Part shown: positions 55,520 to 64,000 of the stretch, piece by piece | How positions within the stretch are numbered: position 1 is the first letter of the stretch | Layout: each line of letters begins with the position of its first letter | Sequence record: PZ357121.2 | Strand: one strand, 5' to 3' | Length of the DNA: 64,000 nt | Origin: a phage | Notes under the pieces: model-generated | What the model was told of the DNA's origin: nothing | Databases searched by the model: none | Seen by the model: the letters and a program-made list of their open reading frames with translations, nothing else | Position numbers and translations under genes: made by a program

Positions 55520-56104
55520 TTAACGCAAGGAAGGGTGTCTAGAAATGGATTTAGATTCGACCGCTTGACGTGGCTGTTGAGATACAATGACTTCGCCATC
55601 CTTTTCTATCGTCATATACGCGTAGTGAATAGTTGCTACGCACGTAACGGCAGGGTCAGAGTCTTCGGTGTAACTAAATTCAATTTCACTCAAATCAGAA
55701 ATCCATGGTTTATAGAAATTTGCCGTCAAAACTACTTCGGTCTTATTGTTGTTTAAAATGTGCAAAGTAACAAACTCAGGACCATCTGAGTGGGCCGTAT
55801 TATGTCCGGTTATATAGTTATTAGTGCTGAGCATCCATTTATACATGTTCATCCAGGACGTCATGTCTTCATCAACTATAAATCGTACAACAAAAGGGTC
55901 ATATTCAAATGTGGTGCCTGCACGCATTGCACGTCCTAACCCCATTGTGCCTGTCACAGTTTCAACAACAGGAATTCTCACACCTGGTAATGGAGCCGTT
56001 TGGGCATTGAGCACAAAACCTGAAGTTCGTGTACTATCTGGGATATCCACAACAAAGTTTGTTATATTTGTTTGGTTAAAAATCTGTCTCGCTGGACGAG
56101 TCAT
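55520..56104 (-). CDS. 3: tail completion / sheath stabiliser gp3 (by position)
   Basis: 194 aa from ATG 56104, SD GAGGTG; lies between genes 2 and 1 as in T4. Confidence 0.65.
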   Translation of the reverse strand: MTRPARQIFNQTNITNFVVDIPDSTRTSGFVLNAQTAPLPGVRIPVVETVTGTMGLGRAMRAGTTFEYDPFVVRFIVDEDMTSWMNMYKWMLSTNNYITGHNTAHSDGPEFVTLHILNNNKTEVVLTANFYKPWISDLSEIEFSYTEDSDPAVTCVATIHYAYMTIEKDGEVIVSQQPRQAVESKSISRHPSLR

Positions 56105-56206
56105 AAGCACCTCAAAAACGCTTTAATAAAAATGCAGTATAATGGTTTTAGGTCTCTTCCATTAATCCGGTTCAACAGAATATCAGAAGAACGGAAGAGA
56201 ATAGAA

Positions 56207-57028
56207 TTAAGATTTCCAAACAGTATTCGCAGAGAAACGTTTTCCTTTTGACATAAACTGCTGAGTAGGTAACATGATTATGTTAGCCCAGTCTTTAGGA
56301 GCTATTTCTGTTATTGTTCCTCTAATGTGGCCTGGCAGGTATGCTTTAATCATTTTGTCAGCACCTTGAAATCCTTTCACCTTGCTCCAGTCTATCTTAA
56401 ACTTTGTGTTATTAGTAATAGTAGTTGTGCTAGCATATTGCTTCAGCAATTCTTCAAGAAACTGTTGTCGTGCTTTAGGTGGGATATAGTGCAAGTTTAA
56501 CCCATACATCAAATTATGTTTACCTAATCCTAAATAAATAATCAAAGGATATCGGTCCCAGTATGGCAAAGTATCTTTATGTTTAGCATCATACACGTAA
56601 GTATAAATTTTGCCTGGCGTAGGCTTGACTACTTTATGACCTTTTACACTTTTCTTAATTGTTTCAACAAACCACTTAGATGATTTGTTGTTTACTGCTG
56701 CGCCTTCATTTCTAATCTTTTCTCGTATTGAACTGCGAAACGAGTTTATCATCAGAAGTTGACGTTCTTGCTTATTGAGTTTATTTTTAGGTTTAGATTC
56801 AAGCGTTTCAATTTTCTGTGCAGTCTTAATAGATGATGCATATCTAGACATTGCAGATGTAAACGACGAGTATTTTATTCCTTTTGATTCTGCAAATGCT
56901 TTTGCAGTGATTCCTTTCTCTTTAGCTTTCTTGTATTCTAATCCTATCTCAATCCATTTTCTTTCATTCATAGACTGAGCAATCTTAGTGGCTTGTACGC
57001 CTTCAGATATAATTTGGAATATGCTCAT
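56207..57028 (-). CDS. 2: DNA end-protector protein gp2 (by position and size)
   Basis: 273 aa basic protein; between gene 4 and gene 3. Confidence 0.7.
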   Translation of the reverse strand: MSIFQIISEGVQATKIAQSMNERKWIEIGLEYKKAKEKGITAKAFAESKGIKYSSFTSAMSRYASSIKTAQKIETLESKPKNKLNKQERQLLMINSFRSSIREKIRNEGAAVNNKSSKWFVETIKKSVKGHKVVKPTPGKIYTYVYDAKHKDTLPYWDRYPLIIYLGLGKHNLMYGLNLHYIPPKARQQFLEELLKQYASTTTITNNTKFKIDWSKVKGFQGADKMIKAYLPGHIRGTITEIAPKDWANIIMLPTQQFMSKGKRFSANTVWKS

Positions 57029-57675
57029 TCAACTTTCCTCATTTTACAATTATCACCATGCCAACGTTTATAAGGCGCAGGTTTACATTCTATACCGCAG
57101 TATTGGCATATCTTATTATGAGTATTTAAGTATCCTAATCTCATGTTTTCCTTTTCTTCAGGAGTTCTATTTCGTCCTGTAAGAGTATTTTTTATTTTGT
57201 CTCTAATCTCTTTGGGCATTATCCTGCCTCGGCCTGCTTTACCTATTTTAGCTTTATGCTCTTCGGATAATTTCTTACCCTTCTTAGCTAAACTCATTTT
57301 CTTTTTAGATTCTTCGGAAATAGGACCTAATTTTCTACCTCTGGATGAATCGCCTATTCTTTTTCGCACATCAATAGAACGGCCTCGTCCTCCCTTTCCT
57401 CCTAGGTCTATATTATATGTATCTTCTCTATCCACAAAAGATTGATCAACTAATTCTGCTTCCTTTTGGAAAGCCATTTCTTCATTTAGTAATTCGTCAC
57501 CGGTATCATACACATATAATACTTCTTTTACAAAATTATCTAATCCGTATTTAGCATGGGCTTTTAAGATAATTTTACCTGTTCCTTTATAAGAATCATC
57601 CGGATTATTAGTTTTATGAACACCTATATAAATTTTATTATTTACGATGTTAGTTATTTTATATACAGTATACAT
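57025..57675 (-). CDS. GIY-YIG homing endonuclease with C-terminal zinc finger (inserted between genes 4 and 2)
   Basis: 216 aa; GIY-YIG core [16 protein letters not shown]; C-terminal [22 protein letters not shown] matches the finger module of the HNH protein at 11600. Confidence 0.8.
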   Translation of the reverse strand: MYTVYKITNIVNNKIYIGVHKTNNPDDSYKGTGKIILKAHAKYGLDNFVKEVLYVYDTGDELLNEEMAFQKEAELVDQSFVDREDTYNIDLGGKGGRGRSIDVRKRIGDSSRGRKLGPISEESKKKMSLAKKGKKLSEEHKAKIGKAGRGRIMPKEIRDKIKNTLTGRNRTPEEKENMRLGYLNTHNKICQYCGIECKPAPYKRWHGDNCKMRKVE

Positions 57676-57676
57676 A

Positions 57677-58126
57677 TCATCCCTTATATCCTAAACGACG
57701 TAAACCGTCTTCTGTGAGAATTCTGAATTTTATATTTCTCTTTTCTGCGACAGCAGAAGCAGCTTTCCATTTATCACAGTTCACAGACCACACGTAGATC
57801 TCGTTCATATAACGTTTCTTTGCTGCGGTCGTAAGATTTGCAGGCTTAATAGGTGGCTGAGTTTCTTTCTTTGGTTTTATTTCTACAAAGAACTCTTGAC
57901 CTGATGCATCTTTCATCCATATGTCCATATAGTATCGACGTTTCTTACCTTCGGCATTACAAAAATATGGAATTACTGCTGTTTCACTACCCCATGCAAT
58001 AATTTCTGGATTTTTATCTAACCATTCGAAAAAGAATTTTTCCCAGTTTGAACGATACGTTATTTTGGTATGGTCTCCACGGTATTTTTTTAAATTTTTT
58101 GGGACCCATTTACCAGAGTAGGCCAT
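57677..58126 (-). CDS. 4: head completion protein gp4
   Basis: 149 aa from ATG 58126 (MAYSGKWVPKNLKKYRGD...), SD GGAGGA; late promoter TATAAATA on minus strand at 58160..58153. Confidence 0.8.
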   Translation of the reverse strand: MAYSGKWVPKNLKKYRGDHTKITYRSNWEKFFFEWLDKNPEIIAWGSETAVIPYFCNAEGKKRRYYMDIWMKDASGQEFFVEIKPKKETQPPIKPANLTTAAKKRYMNEIYVWSVNCDKWKAASAVAEKRNIKFRILTEDGLRRLGYKG

Positions 58127-58137
58127 GTTGTCCTCCT

Positions 58138-58145
58138 TATAAATA
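58138..58145 (+). promoter_or_regulatory. late promoter (TATAAATA) for gene 53
   Basis: Exact T4 late consensus about 43 nt upstream of the gene 53 start. Confidence 0.5.
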
Positions 58146-58152
58146 GTATTAT

Positions 58153-58160
58153 TATTTATA
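58153..58160 (-). promoter_or_regulatory. late promoter (TATAAATA on minus strand) for gene 4
   Basis: Plus tatttata is the reverse complement of TATAAATA; about 27 nt upstream of ATG 58126; divergent from the gene 53 promoter. Confidence 0.5.
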
Positions 58161-58187
58161 CCAATTTCATATTGGAAGGAGACTATC

Positions 58188-58763
58188 TTGTTATTTACAT
58201 TCTTCGACCCAATAGGATACAGTGCTAAAACAGTTAATAAGAATGCACCTACTATTCCTATGACAGACATATTTCGTAACTATAAAGAGTACTTTAAGCG
58301 TGTTGCTGCCAATTATAGATTACGTTCTTATTATATTAAAGGCTCTCCGCGTCCTGAAGAACTAGCAAACATAATTTATGGCAACCCTCAATTATACTGG
58401 GTCCTTTTGATGTGTAATGACAACTATGATCCGTATTATGGTTGGATTACATCTCAGGAAGCAGCGTATCAAGCTTCTATTCAGAAATATGCTAATGCCG
58501 GCGGCGACCAAGTTCTTTATCATATTAATGAAAATCATGAGAAATTTTACAATTTGGTTTCATATCCAGACGAGCCTTTAGTGTGGTACGATAAAGGTGA
58601 TGAAGCTCGTAAGTATCCGCAATATAAAGGACCTTTAGCTGCAGTAGATACTTATGAAGCTGCAGTATTAGATAATGAAAAACTTCGTAAAATAAAAATT
58701 GTTGCAAAAGAAGATATAAACTCGTTTATCACAGATTTGATTCGTGAGATGGAGATTGCATAA
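58188..58763 (+). CDS. 53: baseplate wedge protein gp53
   Basis: 191 aa; MLFTFFDPIGYSAKTVNKNAPTIPMTDIFRNYK...; apparent TTG start after SD AGGAG. Confidence 0.88.
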   Translation: MLFTFFDPIGYSAKTVNKNAPTIPMTDIFRNYKEYFKRVAANYRLRSYYIKGSPRPEELANIIYGNPQLYWVLLMCNDNYDPYYGWITSQEAAYQASIQKYANAGGDQVLYHINENHEKFYNLVSYPDEPLVWYDKGDEARKYPQYKGPLAAVDTYEAAVLDNEKLRKIKIVAKEDINSFITDLIREMEIA

Positions 58764-60499
58764 TGGAAATGATTAGCAGTAGCCTTAATTGGTTCGTGGG
58801 TGTTGTCGAGGACAGAATGGACCCGTTAAAACAAGGGCGAGTTCGAGTTCGAGTCGTTGGTCTTCATCCGGCGCAGAGAACACAAGGTGATGTACAAGGT
58901 ATTCCTACAGAAAAACTTCCATGGATGACTGTTATTCAACCTATTACGTCTGCATCAATGTCAGGTATTGGTGGTTCTGTTACAGGTCCTGTTGAAGGAA
59001 CTCGAGTATATGGTCATTTCTTAGACAAATGGAAAACAAACGGGATTGTACTTGGTACATATGGCGGAATAGTACGTGAAAAGCCTAATAGACTTGAAGG
59101 TTTTTCAGACCCGACAGGTCAGTATCCGCGACGTTTAGGTAATGATACGAACGTATTAAACCAAGGTGGTGAAGCTGGTTATTATTCGAACTCTAACGTA
59201 ATTCAAGATAACAACTTGGATTACGGTATAAACCCAGATGATACAGATTTAGCAAATATTCCAGAAGATGACGACCCTAATTTTACAATAACAGAAATGT
59301 TACGTCGTGATGAAGGTCTTCGTGATAAAGTGTATTGGGACCATCTCGGGTATCCTACAGTAGGTATTGGACACCTTATCGTAATGGAAAAGACCCGAGA
59401 TATGTCTCGAATTAATAAATTGTTATCTGATCAAGTAGGGCGTGAAGTAACAGGAAATCCGGGAACTATTACATTAGAAGAAGCAACAGCGTTATTTGAG
59501 AAGGACCTTTCTAAGATGCAGAAAGACATTCGTTCTAATTCTAAAGTAGGTCCTGTTTATGCTAAAATGAACAGATCTCGCCAAATGGCATTAGAAAACA
59601 TGTGCTTCCAAATGGGCGTTGGTGGTGTAGCAAAATTCAATACTATGCTTAAAGCAATGGCCACAGGTGATTGGAAAACCGCATACAAATCTGGACGCGA
59701 TTCGTTATGGTTCCAACAGACTAAAGGGCGTGCTTCACGTGTAACAACAATTATTTTAACTGGTAACATGGAATCATATGGCGTTCCTGTTAAAACACCA
59801 CCTTCACCAGGAGTTGGTGCTGATTTAGTTACTAGAAATACCGATCCAGAAGACCCAGCTGGTCCTCCTGTTCCGTTAGATTCGCGTATCCTTTTTAAAG
59901 AACCGGAATCAAGTTATCGTGGTGAGTATCCATACGTTCATGCTATGGAAACAGAAAGTGGTCATATCCAAGAATTTGACGATACTCCAGGTAATGAACG
60001 TTATCGCTTAGTTCATCCAACAGGGTCATATGAGGAAGTTTCTCCGTCTGGGCGTCGTACTCGTAAAACTGTAGAAGACCTTTTTGACATCACTAATGGC
60101 GATGGGAACTTCTTGATTTCTGGTGATAAACTTGTTAACGTTGGTGCTAACGAAATATATTATAACATGGCAGACCGCCTCCATCAAATAGATGGCAATG
60201 ACACAATCTTTATTCGTGGTAACCAATCTAAAACTGTTGAAGGCGATGGAACTCTTTACGTTAAGGGTAATATCAAAATAGTTGTTGACGGAAATGCAGA
60301 TATTCTTGTTAAAGGTGATGCTAAAACTCAGGTCGAAGGGAATCATGATTACACCGTCAATGGAAACGTTAAATGGACTGTTAACGGTAATGTTGATATG
60401 ACTGTTGCCGGGGATTGGGCAGAAACAATGTCTACAATGAGCTCAGTAGCTTCAGGACAATACACAATTGATGGTAGCCGTGTGGATGTCGGGTTATAA
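58763..60499 (+). CDS. 5: baseplate hub / tail lysozyme gp5
   Basis: 578 aa; N-terminal OB domain, lysozyme domain with LGYPTVGIGHL, C-terminal beta-helix repeats (VxGxxxxx). Confidence 0.93.
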   Translation: MEMISSSLNWFVGVVEDRMDPLKQGRVRVRVVGLHPAQRTQGDVQGIPTEKLPWMTVIQPITSASMSGIGGSVTGPVEGTRVYGHFLDKWKTNGIVLGTYGGIVREKPNRLEGFSDPTGQYPRRLGNDTNVLNQGGEAGYYSNSNVIQDNNLDYGINPDDTDLANIPEDDDPNFTITEMLRRDEGLRDKVYWDHLGYPTVGIGHLIVMEKTRDMSRINKLLSDQVGREVTGNPGTITLEEATALFEKDLSKMQKDIRSNSKVGPVYAKMNRSRQMALENMCFQMGVGGVAKFNTMLKAMATGDWKTAYKSGRDSLWFQQTKGRASRVTTIILTGNMESYGVPVKTPPSPGVGADLVTRNTDPEDPAGPPVPLDSRILFKEPESSYRGEYPYVHAMETESGHIQEFDDTPGNERYRLVHPTGSYEEVSPSGRRTRKTVEDLFDITNGDGNFLISGDKLVNVGANEIYYNMADRLHQIDGNDTIFIRGNQSKTVEGDGTLYVKGNIKIVVDGNADILVKGDAKTQVEGNHDYTVNGNVKWTVNGNVDMTVAGDWAETMSTMSSVASGQYTIDGSRVDVGL

Positions 60500-60501
60500 A
60501 T
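60494..60501 (+). promoter_or_regulatory. late promoter (TATAAATA) upstream of the GIY-YIG endonuclease gene
   Basis: Exact TATAAATA overlapping the gene 5 stop, 18 nt before ATG 60519. Confidence 0.45.
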
Positions 60502-60518
60502 AATTCCAGAGGTAAATT

Positions 60519-61382
60519 ATGAAGAAATCCAAAACCATACAATTCCGTTACATTTATAAATCAACAGTAACCAACCCAAAGGGGTTGGTTCGAATATATA
60601 TAGGAAAGCATGAATCCAGATATTTTAATCTAGAGGATGATAATTACGTAGGAAGCGGGGATTATATACAAAAGATTAAAAACAAACCAGGCTATGCTAT
60701 AGATTTCGAAATTATCGAATTCGTTTCAACACTCGATGTTTTAAATGAAAGAGAAAAATTTTGGATATCTGAATATAGAAAAACAGGCCAGTGTGTTAAT
60801 ATAAAAGACGGTGGAGATGGATTTTCTTCAAACGATTTAAAACGAATGTGGTCTAATCCTGAGTATCGAGAAACTCAACTTAAAGCTTTGGCAAAAGGAA
60901 AATCTACAAAAGAATTTTCAGAAAAAATTTCAAAAATTAATAAACTTAGATGTTCGGAATCGGAATATCGAAAGAAAATGAGTAATGCGATGAAAACTGC
61001 TTTTGAAAATGATCCCACATTAAAAATTCGTATTTCTAATACTGTCAAATCTTTATGGAAATCCGATGAATATAGAAACAAATTAATTAATCATCCAGGA
61101 AAAATAGAAGGAACGAAAAAATCCTGGAATAATCCTTTAATAAGAAAATCAAGATTAGATACTAGAAATAAAAAACTAAGATCAGTTGAACCTTGGATTA
61201 GTATTGAAAAAGTCAAAAAACTTTGGGAGGATTTGGGAAAACCTCATCCGCAGAAATATAAATGGTTTAGAGAAAAAGCAATTGAACATAATCTACCGGA
61301 TGTAAGTTATAACGCAATTTTAAAAGCATTGAAAAAATGTGATTATAAATTTACACCATTGGAGAATTCAGTAATTGGCTAA
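60519..61382 (+). CDS. GIY-YIG homing endonuclease (Seg-like) between genes 5 and 5.1
   Basis: 287 aa; FRYIYKSTVTNPKGLVRIYIGKHE core; multiple NUMOD3-like repeats. Confidence 0.75.
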   Translation: MKKSKTIQFRYIYKSTVTNPKGLVRIYIGKHESRYFNLEDDNYVGSGDYIQKIKNKPGYAIDFEIIEFVSTLDVLNEREKFWISEYRKTGQCVNIKDGGDGFSSNDLKRMWSNPEYRETQLKALAKGKSTKEFSEKISKINKLRCSESEYRKKMSNAMKTAFENDPTLKIRISNTVKSLWKSDEYRNKLINHPGKIEGTKKSWNNPLIRKSRLDTRNKKLRSVEPWISIEKVKKLWEDLGKPHPQKYKWFREKAIEHNLPDVSYNAILKALKKCDYKFTPLENSVIG

Positions 61383-61890
61383 TATACTTCCTTTAAATAC
61401 CGACTTAGGAGAAGACATGGAAGGGGCGTCTATTGACGTCCTTTTTACTCCACAGTTAGAAACAACCGAAACTTTAGTGTCAATAAATATAACAGATTAT
61501 GAACCGACACAAGGCATTACGGTAGATGGTAATCGTTTATATGGAACATATGAAAGTGTGTTTAGTTTTTCTTCGGATGCATTGAAATACCGATTAAATG
61601 ATGATTTTGAAACTGCATCTTCATGGGATGATTTACCAAAAGATGAATCCACACAGTTATATTTGTGGAGAGCTCCTCAGAATCTTCGTAAAGTGTTTAG
61701 TTATACGGTTGAAATGATTTATAACTACCAAGAAGAAAGTTCATCAGGCGATTCTAGAAGTGCCTCTGGTACAGAACCTCCACCGGCTCCAGTACAAAAA
61801 ACTCTTACTAAGGTTTATACAAAAACTATAGTAGGAAATTGGAGCAAATGGGCTCAACAATTACGAAACTATGTTTATGTGAGGCCGTGA
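61375..61890 (+). CDS. hypothetical protein (5.1-like)
   Basis: 171 aa ORF between the endonuclease and 5.4. Confidence 0.6.
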   Translation: MANILPLNTDLGEDMEGASIDVLFTPQLETTETLVSINITDYEPTQGITVDGNRLYGTYESVFSFSSDALKYRLNDDFETASSWDDLPKDESTQLYLWRAPQNLRKVFSYTVEMIYNYQEESSSGDSRSASGTEPPPAPVQKTLTKVYTKTIVGNWSKWAQQLRNYVYVRP

Positions 61891-61892
61891 AA

Positions 61893-62186
61893 ATGTCTGG
61901 TTTAAGTTACGACAAGTGCGTTACAACAGGTCATGAAGCATGGCCTCCTACTGTAATAAATGCTTCCCAATCTAAAGTATTCACCGGCGGTATTCCTGTT
62001 CTTGTGGCAGGAGACCAAATAACACCTCATACAGAAATTAAAAAACCATACGAGACTCATGGAGGTGTTACTGAACCTCGTACATCTAAAGTATACGTCA
62101 CCGGTAAAAAGGCCGTTCAAATGGCTGACCCAATTTCATGCGGGGATACTGTTTCTCAGGCCTCGTCAAAAGTCTTTATAAAATAG
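61893..62186 (+). CDS. 5.4: PAAR-repeat spike-tip protein gp5.4
   Basis: 97 aa from ATG 61893 ([41 protein letters not shown]...), SD GAGG; matches T4 gp5.4. Confidence 0.85.
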   Translation: MSGLSYDKCVTTGHEAWPPTVINASQSKVFTGGIPVLVAGDQITPHTEIKKPYETHGGVTEPRTSKVYVTGKKAVQMADPISCGDTVSQASSKVFIK

Positions 62187-62194
62187 GAATTAAA

Positions 62195-64000
62195 ATGGCA
62201 AACACTCCTGTAAATTATCAATTAGCCCGAACAGCGAATGCTATTCCCGAGATTTTTATCGGGGGCACATTTGCCGAAATCAAACAGAATATTATCGAAT
62301 GGCTTAATGGGCAGAATGAATTTCTTGATTATGATTTTGAAGGTTCGCGTTTAAACGTATTGTGTGACCTTTTAGCATATAACACTCTTTACATCCAACA
62401 GTTCAGTAATAGTGCAGTGTATGAAAGTTTTATGCGTACTGCAAACTTGCGTAGTTCTGTTGTACAAGCGGCTCAAGATAACGGATATCTGCCTTCATCT
62501 AAATCAGCAGCACAAACAGAAATTATGCTCACATGTACGGATGCATTAAATAGAAACTATATCACCATTCCACGCGGCACTCGTTTCTTAGCATACGCTA
62601 AAGATACTTCTGTTAACCCGTATAACTTTGTTTCTACTGAAGATGTCATTGTAGTTAAAGACAAAAATAACCAATATTTTCCACGTCTTCGATTAGCTCA
62701 AGGACGTATTGTTCGCACTGAATTAACATTTGATAAATTAAAACCTATCATTATTCGTGATAAGAATATTGACCGTAATTTGGTTAAGTTGTATGTTGAC
62801 GGAGCAGAATGGATTAACTGGACTCGTAAGTCGATGGTTCACGCTGGTTCTACGTCAACAATCTATTATATGCGTGAAACAGTTGATGGGAACACCGAAT
62901 TTTATTTTGGTGAAGGCGAAATCTCTATTAACACATCAGAAGGTGCGTTAACATCTAACTATATTGGTGGCCTTAAACCTGTTCAGGGTTCTAAAATCGT
63001 AATTGAGTATATTTCTACTAATGGTGCAGATGCTAACGGAGCTGTAGGATTTTCTTATGCTGATACATTAGCTAATATCACGGTAATCGATATTAACGAG
63101 AACCCTAGCAATAACCCAGACTTTGTTGGGGCAGACGGTGGTGGTGACCCTGAAGATATTGAACGTATCCGCGAATTAGGCACAATTAAACGCGAAACTC
63201 AACAACGTTGTGTAACCGCTTCCGACTATGACACATTCGTCTCTGAGCGGTTTGGTTCTATTATTCAAGCGGTTCAAACATTCACAGATTCATCTAAACC
63301 AGGGTACGCATATATTGCTGCTAAGCCTAAATCTGGATTGTATTTGACTTCTGTCCAACGTGATGATATCAAAAACTATTTGAATGATTATAACTTAGGG
63401 ACTATTACACCTGTTGTTATTTCGCCTGATTATTTGTTTATCAAAATGAATATCAAAGTTACATACGCGTTGAATAAACTCCAAGAATCAGAACAATATC
63501 TTGAAGGGCAAATTATTAATAAAATTGACCGATATTATATTGAAGATGTAGAAATTTTTAACTCATCGTTTGCAAAATCTAAAATGCTAACTTATGTCGA
63601 TGATGCAGATATTTCTATTATTGGTTCTTCTGCTACTATTCAAATGGTTCGCGAAGTACAAAACTTCTATAAAACGCCTGAGGCCGGTATTAAATACAAT
63701 AATCAGATTAAAGATAGATCGATGGAATCTAATATATTCTCGTTTGATTCGCACAGACCTAATCCAGAAAATGCAAACGAAACTATTAAATACGGTGTTC
63801 GCATAGTATCTTCTGACCGTAATGACCGTGGCATAGGTCAAGTTATTATTGGTCCATTTGCAGAAGGTGATGTTGTTGAAAACGAAAATATACAACCTTA
63901 TACAGGTAATGATTTTAATAAACTTACTGTTACTGACGGACGAAACAAATACTATTCAATTGGTGAAGTGAATTATCCTGCCGATTCGATTTATTGGAAC
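62195..64000 (+). CDS. 6: baseplate wedge protein gp6 (N-terminal about 600 codons; continues beyond window end)
   Basis: Starts MANTPVNYQLARTANAIPEIFIGGTFAEIKQNIIEWLNGQNEFLDYDFEG as in T4 gp6; open to the window edge. Confidence 0.88.
   Translation, partial: MANTPVNYQLARTANAIPEIFIGGTFAEIKQNIIEWLNGQNEFLDYDFEGSRLNVLCDLLAYNTLYIQQFSNSAVYESFMRTANLRSSVVQAAQDNGYLPSSKSAAQTEIMLTCTDALNRNYITIPRGTRFLAYAKDTSVNPYNFVSTEDVIVVKDKNNQYFPRLRLAQGRIVRTELTFDKLKPIIIRDKNIDRNLVKLYVDGAEWINWTRKSMVHAGSTSTIYYMRETVDGNTEFYFGEGEISINTSEGALTSNYIGGLKPVQGSKIVIEYISTNGADANGAVGFSYADTLANITVIDINENPSNNPDFVGADGGGDPEDIERIRELGTIKRETQQRCVTASDYDTFVSERFGSIIQAVQTFTDSSKPGYAYIAAKPKSGLYLTSVQRDDIKNYLNDYNLGTITPVVISPDYLFIKMNIKVTYALNKLQESEQYLEGQIINKIDRYYIEDVEIFNSSFAKSKMLTYVDDADISIIGSSATIQMVREVQNFYKTPEAGIKYNNQIKDRSMESNIFSFDSHRPNPENANETIKYGVRIVSSDRNDRGIGQVIIGPFAEGDVVENENIQPYTGNDFNKLTVTDGRNKYYSIGEVNYPADSIYWN

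Noticed and set aside
62757-63895. Short ORFs on both strands inside gene 6 (62757-62951, 63587-63895, 63594-63806)
   Set aside because: Embedded in the gp6 reading frame, which runs continuously from 62195 to the window edge.

Overview
This window is a segment of a T4-like (Tevenvirinae) myovirus genome; the DNA polymerase matches the RB69-type gp43 as I recall it. Almost all genes lie on the minus strand in T4 order (listed here from high to low coordinate): 4, 2, 3, 1, 57A, 57B, ipI, a two-tRNA cluster, nudE, e lysozyme, internal proteins, denV, a GrcA-like glycyl-radical cofactor, regB, tk, rI, a long accessory region of small early genes with palindromic early-promoter cassettes, nrdC, 49, nrdD (split by a group I intron carrying a GIY-YIG endonuclease), nrdG, 55, 47, 46, rpbA, 45, 44, 62, regA, 43, then a four-gene nucleotide-sugar module and a thymidylate-synthase-fold hydroxymethylase. 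Plus-strand late genes 53, 5, 5.1, 5.4 and the start of 6 close the window. Six homing-endonuclease-like genes are present, three sharing a zinc-finger module. No alpha-glucosyltransferase gene lies between 47 and 55. The most notable feature is the module between gene 43 and the hydroxymethylase: a KdsD-type arabinose-5-phosphate isomerase, a fused nucleotidyltransferase-kinase, a HAD phosphatase and a U32-like Fe-S protein. From sequence alone I infer this makes an activated D-arabinose donor for hydroxymethylcytosine hypermodification. All functional calls rest on motif recognition and T4 synteny; no searches were run.
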